Shown one piece after another: positions 51,026-62,279 of a stretch of DNA of 64,000 nucleotides. The notes beneath the pieces were generated by a model. The model ran no database searches and was not told the DNA's origin. It saw only the letters and a list, made by a program, of their open reading frames with translations. How positions within the stretch are numbered: position 1 is the stretch's first letter; the number at the start of each line of letters is the position of its first letter. Location of the stretch: assembly GCF_963921235.1 (NCBI RefSeq), contig NC_086097.1, positions 4,216,001 through 4,280,000 on the forward strand, written 5' to 3'. The translations under genes were made by a program, and so were the position numbers. Source of the stretch: Mobula hypostoma (lineage: Eukaryota).

Positions 51026-51807
51026 TGTGAATTTCAGTATAGCTTTGAGCTGTTATGGCTTCTTCCTTTGACAATAGCATGGGCAATTATTCATGGGGAT
51101 TAATACTCAATAATTTGTTTTGATGACTTTTGGGTTAAGTATGATTTTGAATTTTTATGTACATCAAGTAGCTAAATGACCACAAAAAATATACTATGCT
51201 ATTTATAAATTTATGGGACCAGCAACTGTGTATCACACTTGTTTGAAAGCACCCTATGTAAATACAGACTTATGTACGGGGTCTTTCTTTTTTGTTAAAT
51301 TTAAAATGGCTTCTTTTGTTCTGTTATACTGGGGAATGCTGAGAAAGTCTCTAACTAGATAACTGCTTGGGTTATTATAGATAGCAGGGTGCTATTAACC
51401 AATGGGTGGGATTTCCCCTAGAATTATACGAGGCAATATAATGGAACGTTACACTTAAAACTTTGCACGAATGTTCTCAAGTTCTTTCTTTGCTTTGACA
51501 TATAATGGTAACTGAGACCTCAGTAATTACATATCACATGACTGAACAGTTAACGTGAAACACAAATTATCTGTTGCAGCCGTTTAATGAAAGTGTCCGC
51601 CCACCATTCATTTTTAAACCCTTAAGACCTTGCAGTAGCAGCATGGGCTGAAGAACCATCTGATTATCCCCTCTGTTTAACTTTCCATTCTTTGCACAGA
51701 AAAGCAGTTAATTGTAGATCTCAACACAACAGAATACATACCCTGAGAAAATATTCATTTCTGTGACTGTTAGTTATGTTCATTATAAGACCTGTCAATT
51801 GGTGCCA

Positions 51808-52065
51808 TGGCGGCGTAGTGGTTAGTGTGACACTATTACAGCTCAGGATATTTCAGAGTGTGGAGTTCAATTCCGGTGCTGTCAGTGAGGAGTTAGTATG
51901 TCCTCTCTTTGGAATGCATGGGTTTCCTCCCAGTCCAAAGGCATACCAGTTAGTAGGTTAATTGATCATTGTAAATTGTCCTATGATAAGGTTAGAGTTA
52001 AATGGGTGGGTTGCTGGGCAGCTTGGCTTGTTTCGCACTGTATCTCTAAATAAAATAAAAATAAT
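51808..52065 (+). mobile_element. V-type SINE
   Basis: tggcggcgtagtggttag A box, gagttcaattcc B box and A-rich tail. Confidence 0.7.
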
Positions 52066-52192
52066 AACATTTAAAGAAAATAGATTTTCTTTTTTTAGGT
52101 TTCAAAGTCTTTGAAAGTTCATTTAGCATCATGGATTGATATTGTTGGTGTGTGTAAACTCAAAATTTATGGCTTCATGATTATTCTTACAG

Positions 52193-52337
52193 GATTAAGT
52201 TCTGTTACATGCTGCCAAAATTGAAGTCTGTGTTGAAACTGCCAGCTGACAAACACCTTCTTCAACAACTTGACCTTTGTGTTAGAAAATTACTGTGTCA
52301 AGAAAAGGACAAAGACGTCACTGCTGTAGTGAGGGTT
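52193..52337 (+). CDS. PPP4R4: PPP4R4 coding exon I (145 nt, phase 2 to 0)
   Basis: cttacag|G ATT AAG ... AGG GTT|gtacgt. Encodes IKFCYMLPKLKSVLKLPADKHLLQQLDLCVRKLLCQEKDKDVTAVVRV. Confidence 0.93.
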
Positions 52338-52494
52338 GTACGTTTGTTTCTTTATTTTGCTATTCATTTTCTTTATTCATTCTTGTATCATGGCAGTTGT
52401 AGTCAGAAACTTGATCTCTGTAACTGAATTATGAAATTATTCATTTGAAATTAAAGTGTAACTTATTTTGAATGGTGGAACACTTCTTTGCTGT

Positions 52495-53735
52495 AGGGAT
52501 AAGTGCCAGCAAATAGATTAGTGGGGAGGGACGAATGGGCAAGGGAATCATGGAGGGAGCGATCCCTGCCATTCCCTTTTCTCAGTTCCTCGTCTCCACC
52601 GTATCTGTTTCCAGCATAAGGTTTTTTCCCGCCATATCAAAGATTTTCTCCTTCAATGAACAAAGTTTCTCTTCTTCAACCATTGATGCTGCCCTTACCT
52701 ACCATTTTCTGGACATCCATAATCATCCCATCTTCCTGTTTCCTCAACAGGCATAGAATTCCTCTTGTACTTACCCACTACCCCATGAGCTTCCACATCC
52801 AGCTCCTTATTTTCCACAGTGCGCCTCCCCCCACTCTCCACTTACTGCAGGAATCACTCCCTCCTTGATTCCTTTGTCTCTTTATCCCTCCCACTAATCT
52901 CCCTCTTCGCACTTAACCCTGCAAGCAGCGGAAGTGCTACAACTTCTCAAAAATTCCTCTCTCACTTCCATTCAGGGACCTAAATAGTCCTTCCGGATGA
53001 GACAACACTTTACCTAGAAGCTGTAGGGATCGCCTACTGTATCTGGTGGTCCTGATGTGGCCTCCACTGTACTGGTGAGATTCAACGTCCACTGGGGGTC
53101 CGCTTTGTCGAGCACATTTGCTCCATCCACAAAAAGCAGGATTTCCTAGTGGGCAATCACTTTAATTCCAATCACGTTCCAACACATCAGCCCATTGTCA
53201 TCTCTTACTGCCACATCGAGACCACTCTCAGGTTAGAGGAGCAGCTCTCATATTTCATCTGAGTAGCCACCAACCTGATGTTATGAACATTGATGTCTCC
53301 AATTTCTCGTAATTTTTCTCCTTCCCTTTTCATCAATTTCCCACTCCGGCTCCCCTATCACCTCTTCTCTTCTCCTTCCCTGCCTATAACCTCCCCCTGT
53401 GCTCTCCCTCTTTCCCTTTCTCCCATGGTCCATTCACTTCTCCTATTAGATCTCTTCTTCTGCAGCCCTTGACCTTTTCTATCTATCCTCCTAGCTTCTT
53501 AATTCACCCCCCCCCCACCCACCTGGCTTCACCTATCACCCTCTAGCTTGTCCACCTTCCTCTCCCCCCTCATTGTTATTCTGGCATCTTCCCCCTTCCT
53601 TTCCAGTCCTGATGAAGTGCCTCAGCCCAAAACACCGACTGTTCATCCATTTCCATAGAAGCTCCCTGACTTGCGGAGTTCCTCCAGCATTTTGTGTGTT
53701 TTGCTCTGGATTTCCAGCATCACAAGAATCTATAG
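52495..53735 (+). mobile_element. Older Penelope-like element (RT end, GIY-YIG, 3' UTR) with a short inverted 5' piece
   Basis: Homologous to 12500-13420; decayed hammerhead at 53604-53641; 52500-52570 is an inverted copy of about 52847-52920. Confidence 0.8.
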
Positions 53736-53942
53736 CTTACCTGCTTAGGTGCTGTTGTCAAATACTAATTTATCACAAAGCAATTTCTGAAGAAAATTTT
53801 AAATAGGATGCTCTGCTGATTAATAATAAGGAAATTATAGTAACAGGAAATGACTGTGGGTGGGTTAGCTTTAGTCACTAATTTTAAATTTTCTTTTGTA
53901 CTTACTTCCATCTAAGTGATGCCAACTCTCTTTATTTTTTAG

Positions 53943-53984
53943 ATCACATTGGAATTAGATCGAATAGAAACAAACATTGAATGT
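53943..53984 (+). CDS. PPP4R4: PPP4R4 coding exon J (42 nt)
   Basis: ttttttag|ATC ACA ... GAA TGT|gtaagt. Encodes ITLELDRIETNIEC (human TVLELDRMEMSMDA). Confidence 0.92.
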
Positions 53985-54088
53985 GTAAGTTAAAAATTTT
54001 ACAATAGCTTTGTTATGAAATAGTTTATTCTTTAAAAATTGCACAATGCACTTGCAAGGCAAACAAAATATGATATTTTCTCTCCAAG

Positions 54089-54163
54089 TTTCCAAAAAGG
54101 TTACAAGAGGAAGACTTACTTGATCACAAAAAGGAGAAGGAAGAACATTTACTGTTGGAAATG
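54089..54163 (+). CDS. PPP4R4: PPP4R4 coding exon K (75 nt)
   Basis: tctccaag|TTT CCA ... GAA ATG|gtaata. Encodes FPKRLQEEDLLDHKKEKEEHLLLEM. Confidence 0.92.
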
Positions 54164-54236
54164 GTAATATTGGTGTTTATCCTGAAACATTTACGGTATA
54201 CATTTTGAAAGAGAGATTACATTGAGTTTTATGCTC

Positions 54237-54635
54237 ATCATCATGATTACGATGTCTCGTGTCATGTTGTATGACGTGGGTGATCATGGTCTTTCCATGA
54301 CCATGATTGTTCTTGGCAAATTTTTCTACAGAATTAGTTTGCTATTGCCTCTCTGGGCAGTGTCTTTACAAGATGGGTAACCCCAGCCATTATCAATACT
54401 CTTTAGAGATTGTCAGCCTGGTATCAGTGGTCACATAACCAGGACTTGTGATATGCACCAGCTGCTCATACAACCATCTACCACCTGCTCCCATGGCTTC
54501 ACGTTACCCTGATCGGTGGGGATGTGGGGGCTCTAAGCGGGTGCTACACCTTGCCTCAGGGTGACCTGCAGGCTAGTGGAGGGAAAGAATGCCTTACATC
54601 TCCTATGGTAGAGACTACCTCCAAACTGCACCGCA
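54237..54635 (-). mobile_element. RTE-like SINE (inverted sister of 27775-28120)
   Basis: Long reverse-complement match, e.g. catatcacaagtcctggttatg...gagtattgataatgg...catcttgtaaagacactg; (TGA)n tail. Confidence 0.65.
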
Positions 54636-56710
54636 TTTTTTAATGCTAACTACAGATGTCTCTGCTTATTCTCATTATATAAAAGTTAATGTGACCTGCT
54701 ATTAATATGTAACTGGCTTACAATTACATTAAAGTGATTCTATTTCTATTATAAGACCGTAAGGCAAAAGACCTAGGAGAAGAATTAGGCCATTTGGCCC
54801 ATCAAGTTTGCTCCGCCATTCAATCATGACTGATCCTTTATCTTCTCCTCAGACGCACTCTCTGGCCTTCTCCCCATAATCTTTGATGCTGTGGCCAATC
54901 AAGAACCCATCAATCTCCACCTTAACTACACTTAATGACCTGGCCTCCATGGCTGCCACAAATTAATCATCCTCTGGCTAAAGAAATTTCTCTATATCTC
55001 TATTTTAAATGGATGCCCCCCTATTCTGAGGCTGCGCCCTCTTGTCTTAGACACTGCCATCATAGAAAAAATTCTTTCCACATCTACTCTGTCTAGGCCT
55101 TTCAACATTCGAAAAGTCTCAAGAGATTTCCCCCTCATCCTTCTAAATTCCAGCAAGTACAGGCCCAACTTCTCTGGAAATATCCTGCTTGCGTATACCC
55201 TATCTATACCCATCATCTTTTTGTATAGCTTTATCAAATCTTCCCTTAATCTTCTACACTTTAGGGCAGGTGTTTCTAAATGTTTTTATGTTACAGACCA
55301 CTACCATTAGTCGAGGGGCCTGTGGACCCAAGGTTGGGAACCCCTGCTCTGAGAAACAAAGTCCTAACCTATTCAACCTTCCTCTGTAACTCAGGTCCCC
55401 GAGTCCTGGCAGCATCCTGACTTCCCACTCGTCCTTCTCAGTTCCCGTGAGTACAGGACCTGAGCCATCAAATGTTCTTCATATGATAACCCTTTCTTTC
55501 CTGGAATCATTCTTGTGAACCTCCTCTGGCCCCTCTCCAATGCCAGCGTATCTTTTCTTAGATTTGGAGCCCAAACCTGTTCACAATACTCAAGGTGAGG
55601 CTCACCAGTGTCTTATAAAGCCTCAGCATCACATTCTTGCTCTTATATTCTAGAGCTGTTGAAATGAATGCTAACATTGCATTCACCTAACTCACCACTG
55701 AATGAACCTGCAAGTTAACCTTTAGGGTGTTCTGCATAAGGTCTGCCAAGTCACTTTGCATCTTAGATTTTTGGATTTTCTTCCCATTTAGAAAATAGTC
55801 TGCACATTTATTTCTTCTACTAAAGTGCAGAACCATGCAGTTTCTAATATTGTATTTCATTTGCCACTCTCTTGCCCATTCTCCTAATCTGACTAAATCC
55901 TTCTTCAGCCTTTCTGTTTCCTCAAAACTACCTGCCCCTCCACCAATCTTCGTCTCATCTGCAAACCTGGCAACAAAGCCATCTATTTCATCATCTAAGT
56001 CATAGATCTGTAGCATAAAAAGAAATTGTCCCAAGCATGCAGAACACCACTAGTCAGTAGCAGTCACCAGAAAAGGATCCTTTTATTCCCACCCACTACC
56101 AATCAGCCAATGCTCTTACACGTTCCTGTAATACCATGGGCTCTTAACTTGATAATGAGCCTCGTGTGTGGCACCTTGACAAAGACCTTCTGAAAATCTA
56201 AATATGTAATATGCACTACATCCCCTCTATCTATCCACCTTGTAATCAACTCAAAGAATTCCAACAGGTTCATCAGGCGAGATTTTCCCTGAAGGAAACC
56301 ATTCTGACTTTGTCCTATCTTGTCCTGTGTCACTAAGTACTCCATAACCTCATCCTTTACAATTGACGCCAACATCTTCCCAACCACTGAGGTCAGGATA
56401 ACTGGTCTATAATTTCCTTTCTGCTTCCACCCTTCTTTCTTAAAGAGTGGTGTGACATTTGCAATTTTCCAGTCCTCCAGAACCATGCCAGAGTCTAATG
56501 ATTCTTGAAAGATCATTGCTAATGCCTCCATAATCTCTACCGATACCTCTTTCAGAACCCTAATGAGCAGTTCATCTGGTCTGGTTGACTTATGCACCTT
56601 TAGGTCTTTCAGATTTTTTGAGAACGTTCTCCCTTGTAATAGTCTCCCTGGTTCACATCTTTATTGTTATGCTGTAGGCATCTCATTTAGCACCTCTGTA
56701 AGAACTATTT

Positions 56711-57902
56711 AGAAACATAGAAACATAGAAAATAGGTGCAGGAGTAGGCCATTCGGCCCTTCGAGCCTGCACCGCCATTTATTATGGTCATGGCTGATCA
56801 TCCAACTCAGAACCCCGCCCCAGCCTTCCCTCCATACCCCCTGACCCCTGTAGCCACAAGGGCCATACCTAACTCCCTCTTAAACATAGCCAATGAACTG
56901 GCCTCAACAGTTTCCTGTGGCAGAGAATTCCACAGATTCACCACTCTCTGTGTGAAGAAGTTTTTCCTAATCTCGGTCCTAAATGGCTTCCCCTCTATCC
57001 TCAAACTGTGACCCCTCGTTCTGGACTTCCCCAACATTGGGAACAATCTTCCTGCATCTAGCCTGTCCAATCCCTTTAGGATCTTATACGTTTCAATCAG
57101 ATCTCCCCTCAATCTTCTAAATTCCAACGAGTACAAGCCCAGTTCATCCAGTCTTTCTTCATATGAAAGTCCTGCCATCCCAGGAATCAATCTGGTGAAC
57201 GTTCTTTGTACTCCCTCTATGGCAAAGATGTCTTTCCTCAGATTAGGGGACCAAAACTGCACACAATACTCCAGGTGTGGTCTCACCAAGGCCTTGTACA
57301 ACTGCAGTAGTACCTTCCTGCTCCTGTACTCGAATCCTCTCACTATAAATGCCAGCATACCATTCACCTTTTTCACCGCCTGCTGTACCTGCATGCCCAC
57401 TTTCAATGACTGGTGCATAATGACACCCAGGTCTCGTTGCACCTCCCCTTTTCCTAATCGGCCACCATTCAGATAATAATCTGTTTTCCTATTTTTGCCA
57501 CCAAAGTGGATAACTTCACATTTATCCACATTAAATTGCATCTGCCATGAGTTTGCCCACTCACCCAACCTATCCAAGTCACTCTGCATCCTCTTAGCAT
57601 CCTCCTCACTGCTAACACTGCCACCCAGCTTCGTGTCATCCGCAAACTTGGAGATGCTGCATTTAATTCCCTCATCCAAGTCATTAATATATATTGTAAA
57701 CAACTGGGGTCCCAGCACTGAGCCTTGCGGTACCCCACTAGTCACCGCCTGCCATTCTGAAAAGGTCCCGTTTATTCCCGCTCTTTGCTTCCTGTCTGCT
57801 AACCAATTCTCCACCCACACCAATACCTTACCCCCAATACCGTGTGCTTTAAGTTTGCACACTAATCTCCTGTGTGGGACCTTGTCAAAAGCCTTTTGAA
57901 AG
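56711..57902 (-). mobile_element. Young 5'-truncated CR1 with an uninterrupted RT-to-stop frame
   Basis: ORF 56807-57862 (351 aa) has no stops; (TTTCTATG)n tail; ctattt at 56705-56710 and 57903-57908. Confidence 0.93.
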
Positions 57903-59300
57903 CTATTTGTTCTGCTTTCAGCCTCTTTGGGTTATTGTTGAAGATAAAGGATGATGTGGAATGTGTGCCACCCAATTAGCGGGAGGTTTTTCTTGGTGAG
58001 GGACAATAAGGTTGGTCTTGGGCTCCTGTTCGAAACGAGATGAAGAGAGAAGACACTAGGGAGAACTGGTCGTAGCATACAATCTGGTGGGAGACCAGTT
58101 TGTTCGAGGTGGATTGCGAGCGACGTTTGGAAGGTGGTGTGTGTTTTCACGTTGACCGAGGGCCCAGTGCATGAGTAACAGAAAAGTTCAAGATGAGATC
58201 CAACTTGAGCTGGCATTTATATCTCACACGTTTGACAGGGCTGGAGATTGTGTTCCCTAGACTTATGCAGCTGAGGAAACCAGAATGTTTCATAGTAAAT
58301 ACACTCACTTATCTTTCCTCACACCTTTCAATACCTAGCACACTGCTAGTGCTTTCCAAAGTGAAGACTGATGCTAAATACTCATTTAATTCAGGAGCCA
58401 TCTCCTTGTACCCCGTTATTATTTCTTTGGCCTCATTTGCTAGCGGTCCTGTATCTACTTTCATCTCTCTTTTATTTTTTATATATTTGAAAAAGCTTTT
58501 TATATCCACCTTGACATTGTTTGCTAGCTTGCTTTCATATTTCATCTTTTCCCTCCTAATGATACTTTTAGTTGCTTTCTGTAGGTTTTTAAAAGCTTCT
58601 CAACCCTCTATCTTCCTGCTAATTTTTGCTTTGTTGTATGCCCTCTCTTTTGCTTTAGCATTAGCTTTGACTTCCCTTGTTAGCCACAGTTGTATAATTT
58701 TGCCATTTGAGTATTTCGTGGTTTTAGGAATGCACCTATCCTGCACCTTACTCATTTTTCCCAGAAACACATGCTAATGCCACTCTGCTGCCGCCCTTGC
58801 TAGCAGCTACTTCCAATTTACTTTGGCCAAACCCTCTATCATTACACTATAATTTCCTTTACTCCACTGAAATACTGCTGAGTCAGACTTTACTTTCTCC
58901 CTATCAAATTTCAAGTTGAACTCAATCCTATTGTTATCACTGCCTCCCAAGGATGAAACTCCCTTATCGTCTCTGGTTCATTACATAACACCCAATCCAA
59001 TATAGCTGATCCTCTAGTAGGCTCAACAGCAAGCTGCTCTACAAACCATCTTTCTTGTAGGCATTCAACACATTCACTGTCTTGAGATCCATTAGCAACC
59101 TGATTTTCCCAATCTACCCGCATGTTAAAATTTCTCATGACTATCATAACATTGCCTCTTTGACACACCTTTTCTATTTCCTGTTATATCCTGTAGTCCA
59201 CAACCCTGCTGCTCCTTGTATATAACTGCCACCATGGTCCTTTTACCCTTACAACACGCTGGAGGAACTCAGCAGGTCGGGCAGCATCCGTGGAAATGAT

Positions 59301-59338
59301 GAGTTGATGTTTCAAGCCGGAACCCTTCGTCAGGACTG
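59301..59338 (-). ncRNA. Minimal hammerhead motif, decayed (left arm)
   Basis: The - strand reads cagtc CTGACGA agggttccggctt GAAA catc aactc. Confidence 0.55.
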
Positions 59339-59803
59339 TAGAGGGAAGGGGCAGAGGCCCTATAAAGAAGGTGGGGGGAGGGTGGGAAGGAGAAGGCTGG
59401 TAGGTTCCAGGTGAAAAACCAGTAAGGGGAAAGATAAAAGGGTGGGGGAGGGAAGCAGGGAGATGATAGGCAGGAAAGGTGAAGAAGGAATAGGGAAAAA
59501 CACAATGGGTAGTAGAAGGAGGCGGAACCATGAGGGAGGTGATAGGCAGCTGGGGGAGGGGCAGAGTGAAATAGGGATAGAGGAAGGGAGGGGGAGGGAA
59601 TTACCGGAAGTTGGAGAATTCGATGTTCATACCAAGGGGCTGTTGACTACCTGGACGGTATATGAGGTGTTGCTCTTCCAACCTGAGTTTAGCCTATCAC
59701 CTCCCTGCTTCCCCTGCCCCACCCCTTTATCTTTCCCCTTACCGGTTTTTCACCTGGAACCCACCAACCTTCTCCTTCCCACCCTCCCCCCACCTTCCCT
59801 CTA

Positions 59804-59841
59804 CAGTCCTGATGAAGGGTTCCGGCCCGAAACGTCGACTG
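59804..59841 (+). ncRNA. Minimal type-I hammerhead ribozyme with an intact core
   Basis: cagtc CTGATGA a GGG ttccgg CCC GAAA c GTC gactg: perfect 5-bp helix I, helix II present, palindromic ACGT in place of helix III. Confidence 0.85.
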
Positions 59842-61234
59842 ATCGTTTCCACGGATGCTGCCCGACCTGCTGAGTTCCTCCAGCGTGTTGTGAGTGTTGC
59901 TTTGATCCCAGCATCTGCAGAGTATTTTGTGTTCCTTTTACCCTTGCAGTTTGTTAACATGGCACAGGTAGCTATCCAGAAATTATTATCCTGAGGTCCT
60001 GCTTCTTAGCTTTCTGCTTAGCTGTCTAAATTTTCTTTTCAGGACCTCTCTGCTTTTCCCTCTTATGTCATTGGTACCATTATGTGCTAAGACATCTGGT
60101 TGCTCCCCCTTCCCACCAAAATGCTGTGGATATGACCAGCGATGTCCTTTACTGTGCACCTAGGAGGCAAAATACCATCTGGGTGTCCCATTCATATCCA
60201 TAGAATCTCCTGTCTGTTCCTCTGACTATTGAGTCGCCTATCACTACCGTTTTCCTCTTCCCCCTCTTCCTTTCCGGACCACAAACCTGTGCTCAGTGCC
60301 AGTAACCTGGTCTCCATGACATTCCCCTGGGCAGTCATCCACCACACAGTATCCATAACGGTATATTTATTATTGAGGGAATGGCCACAGGGTGCTCAGT
60401 GCTAATTGCCTATTCACCATCCTACTTCTTCTTCTGACACACACCCAGCTACCCGCCTCCTGCAACTTAGGGGTGACTACTTCCCTGTAACTCTGATCAA
60501 TGATCTCTTTACTCTTCCGTGCATGCCAAAGGTCATCCAGTTGCTGCTCCAGGTCCCTAATACGGTCTTCAAGGAGCTGCAACTGGATGCATTTCATACA
60601 GATGTAGTTCCTTGGGACACACAGGGTCTCCCAGGACTCCAATATCCGATGTGAAGAACACACAATGGCCATTTAAACTATAAGTACCCCTAACCCAGTA
60701 AGAAATAAGGGAAACTTATCAGAAACTTATCCGGACAATTTACCCAGAGCTAATGCTTCTTTCGAGCTGATGACTCCTTTGAGCCAAAGCCTGCCACTCT
60801 CACCATTGGCCCACTCCAACAATGGCCGCTCTGCTTGTCTCCTCTGTACTTTTATTTATTCCTCTCTATGCTGCCCCCACCACTGACTGGGATGCTGGAA
60901 TGACACCGAACAGCTGCGAGCTCTCCTTTTAAACGAGTACCACTTCCTTCTAGAGGGTTGGGAAGCTTTTAAGAGTACTACCTCTTCTCTGTGCTGCTCT
61001 CGCTACTGATTGGGACATTGAAATGATACCGAATACTCGCAAAGCTCTCCTTTTAAACAAGCACTGATATATATGGAATATTATTTTTTTTATTTATGAG
61101 ACTTTTGAGTTGTGTTTTTGAATATTCCAAGGCTTTACAGCCCAATATTTGGGTTAAGTAGAGATTGGTGAACTGGATTGTTTGATTACTTTTGAGGTGA
61201 GGGAATAGTTGGGTGAAACATTTTTGCAAAGTTA

Positions 61235-62145
61235 TAAAATTATACAGCACAGAAACAGGTTATTTGGCCTAACTCATTCTTTCTGATCAAGCTGGTCCCA
61301 TTTGCCTGCATTTGGCCCTTATCTCTCTCAACCTTTTACATCCATGTGCCTGTTAAAATGTCTTTTAAACATCATATTCAAATCCACCTCTACAGCTTCT
61401 TCTTGGCAGCTGGTTCTATATATCCACAACCCTTTGCACTTGTCCAAGTTAAATTTCCATCTGCTAATCCTAGGTCCACTTCCCATTTCATCTAGATCCT
61501 GTTGTAATCATAAATAACCACCTCTACTGTCCAATACATGACTAATTTTGGTGTCCTCGCAATGTTCCTAACCAAGTTAATAACTTTGTCATCCAAACAA
61601 CAATGGGCCTGAGGCATTCCCCTGGTCACAGGCCTCCAATTTGAATGACAACTCTCCACAATCAACCTTCTTCTGTTCCACCAATCCAGTGGATCCACCA
61701 ATCCCTGGATCCCAGGCAACCTAACCTTCCAGGCCAACCTAACATAGAAGCTCTTGTTAAAGGCTTGCTGAAGTTTGAATCTTTTGTCAGACTTCTTAAT
61801 GGTTTTTTTCATAAATTCTGGTTCAATTTTGTTTCAGAATGTTGTTGTTGTTTGCTTCAATTAGTTGCTTGCTTTTATTTTTTCTTGTGCAACAAATGTT
61901 GCTGTTTTATTTTTATTTTTTGCTTTAATTTGGTTCTTTCGGGTTTCTTGCTTTGTGGCTACCTATGAGCAAGCAAATCTCAAGGTTGTATAATTTATAC
62001 ATTCGTTGATAATAAATGAATCTTGAATCTTCTATGCAACACACACAAAATTTAATTTCCTGTAAATGCCTACAAGTAAATAAATCGCAAGGTAGTATTT
62101 GGTGATATATATGTACTTTGATAATAAATTTACTTTGAACTTTGA
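61235..62145. mobile_element. CR1 fragment (-) followed by Rex/L2-like tails (+)
   Basis: ORF 61492-61812 (-) WRPVTRGMPQ; tails ataataaatgaatcttgaatct and aataaatttactttgaactttga. Confidence 0.6.
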
Positions 62146-62279
62146 ATAGACAACCTATGCTGCCATGCTCTCATCAGTCATTTTAGTTAGCTTTTTATTG
62201 ATCCCATGACAAAATTATTTTTCCCCTGTGCTTCATATTCTTATTTGCAAAGGTTTTCTGCATCCTGTCCTTGCATTAA

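Larger units (their letters stand above)
59251..59932. mobile_element. Penelope-like inverted two-arm insertion with a 13-bp TSD
   Basis: tccttttaccctt at 59238-59250 and 59933-59945; - arm 59251 to about 59694, + arm about 59691 to 59932. Confidence 0.9.
54750..61050 (-). mobile_element. Near full-length decayed CR1 (5' UTR, ORF1 zinc finger/esterase, ORF2) with nested insertions
   Basis: ORF 60370-60672 (-) CxxH...CMKCIQLQLLEDRIRDLEQQL is the ORF1 N-terminus; ORF2 pieces 58911, 58309, 56103 and 55687 are in colinear order. Confidence 0.85.

Noticed and set aside
51225..51430. Possible LTR fragment containing a CCAAT motif
   Set aside because: No defined termini, TSD or second copy is visible, so there is not enough support.
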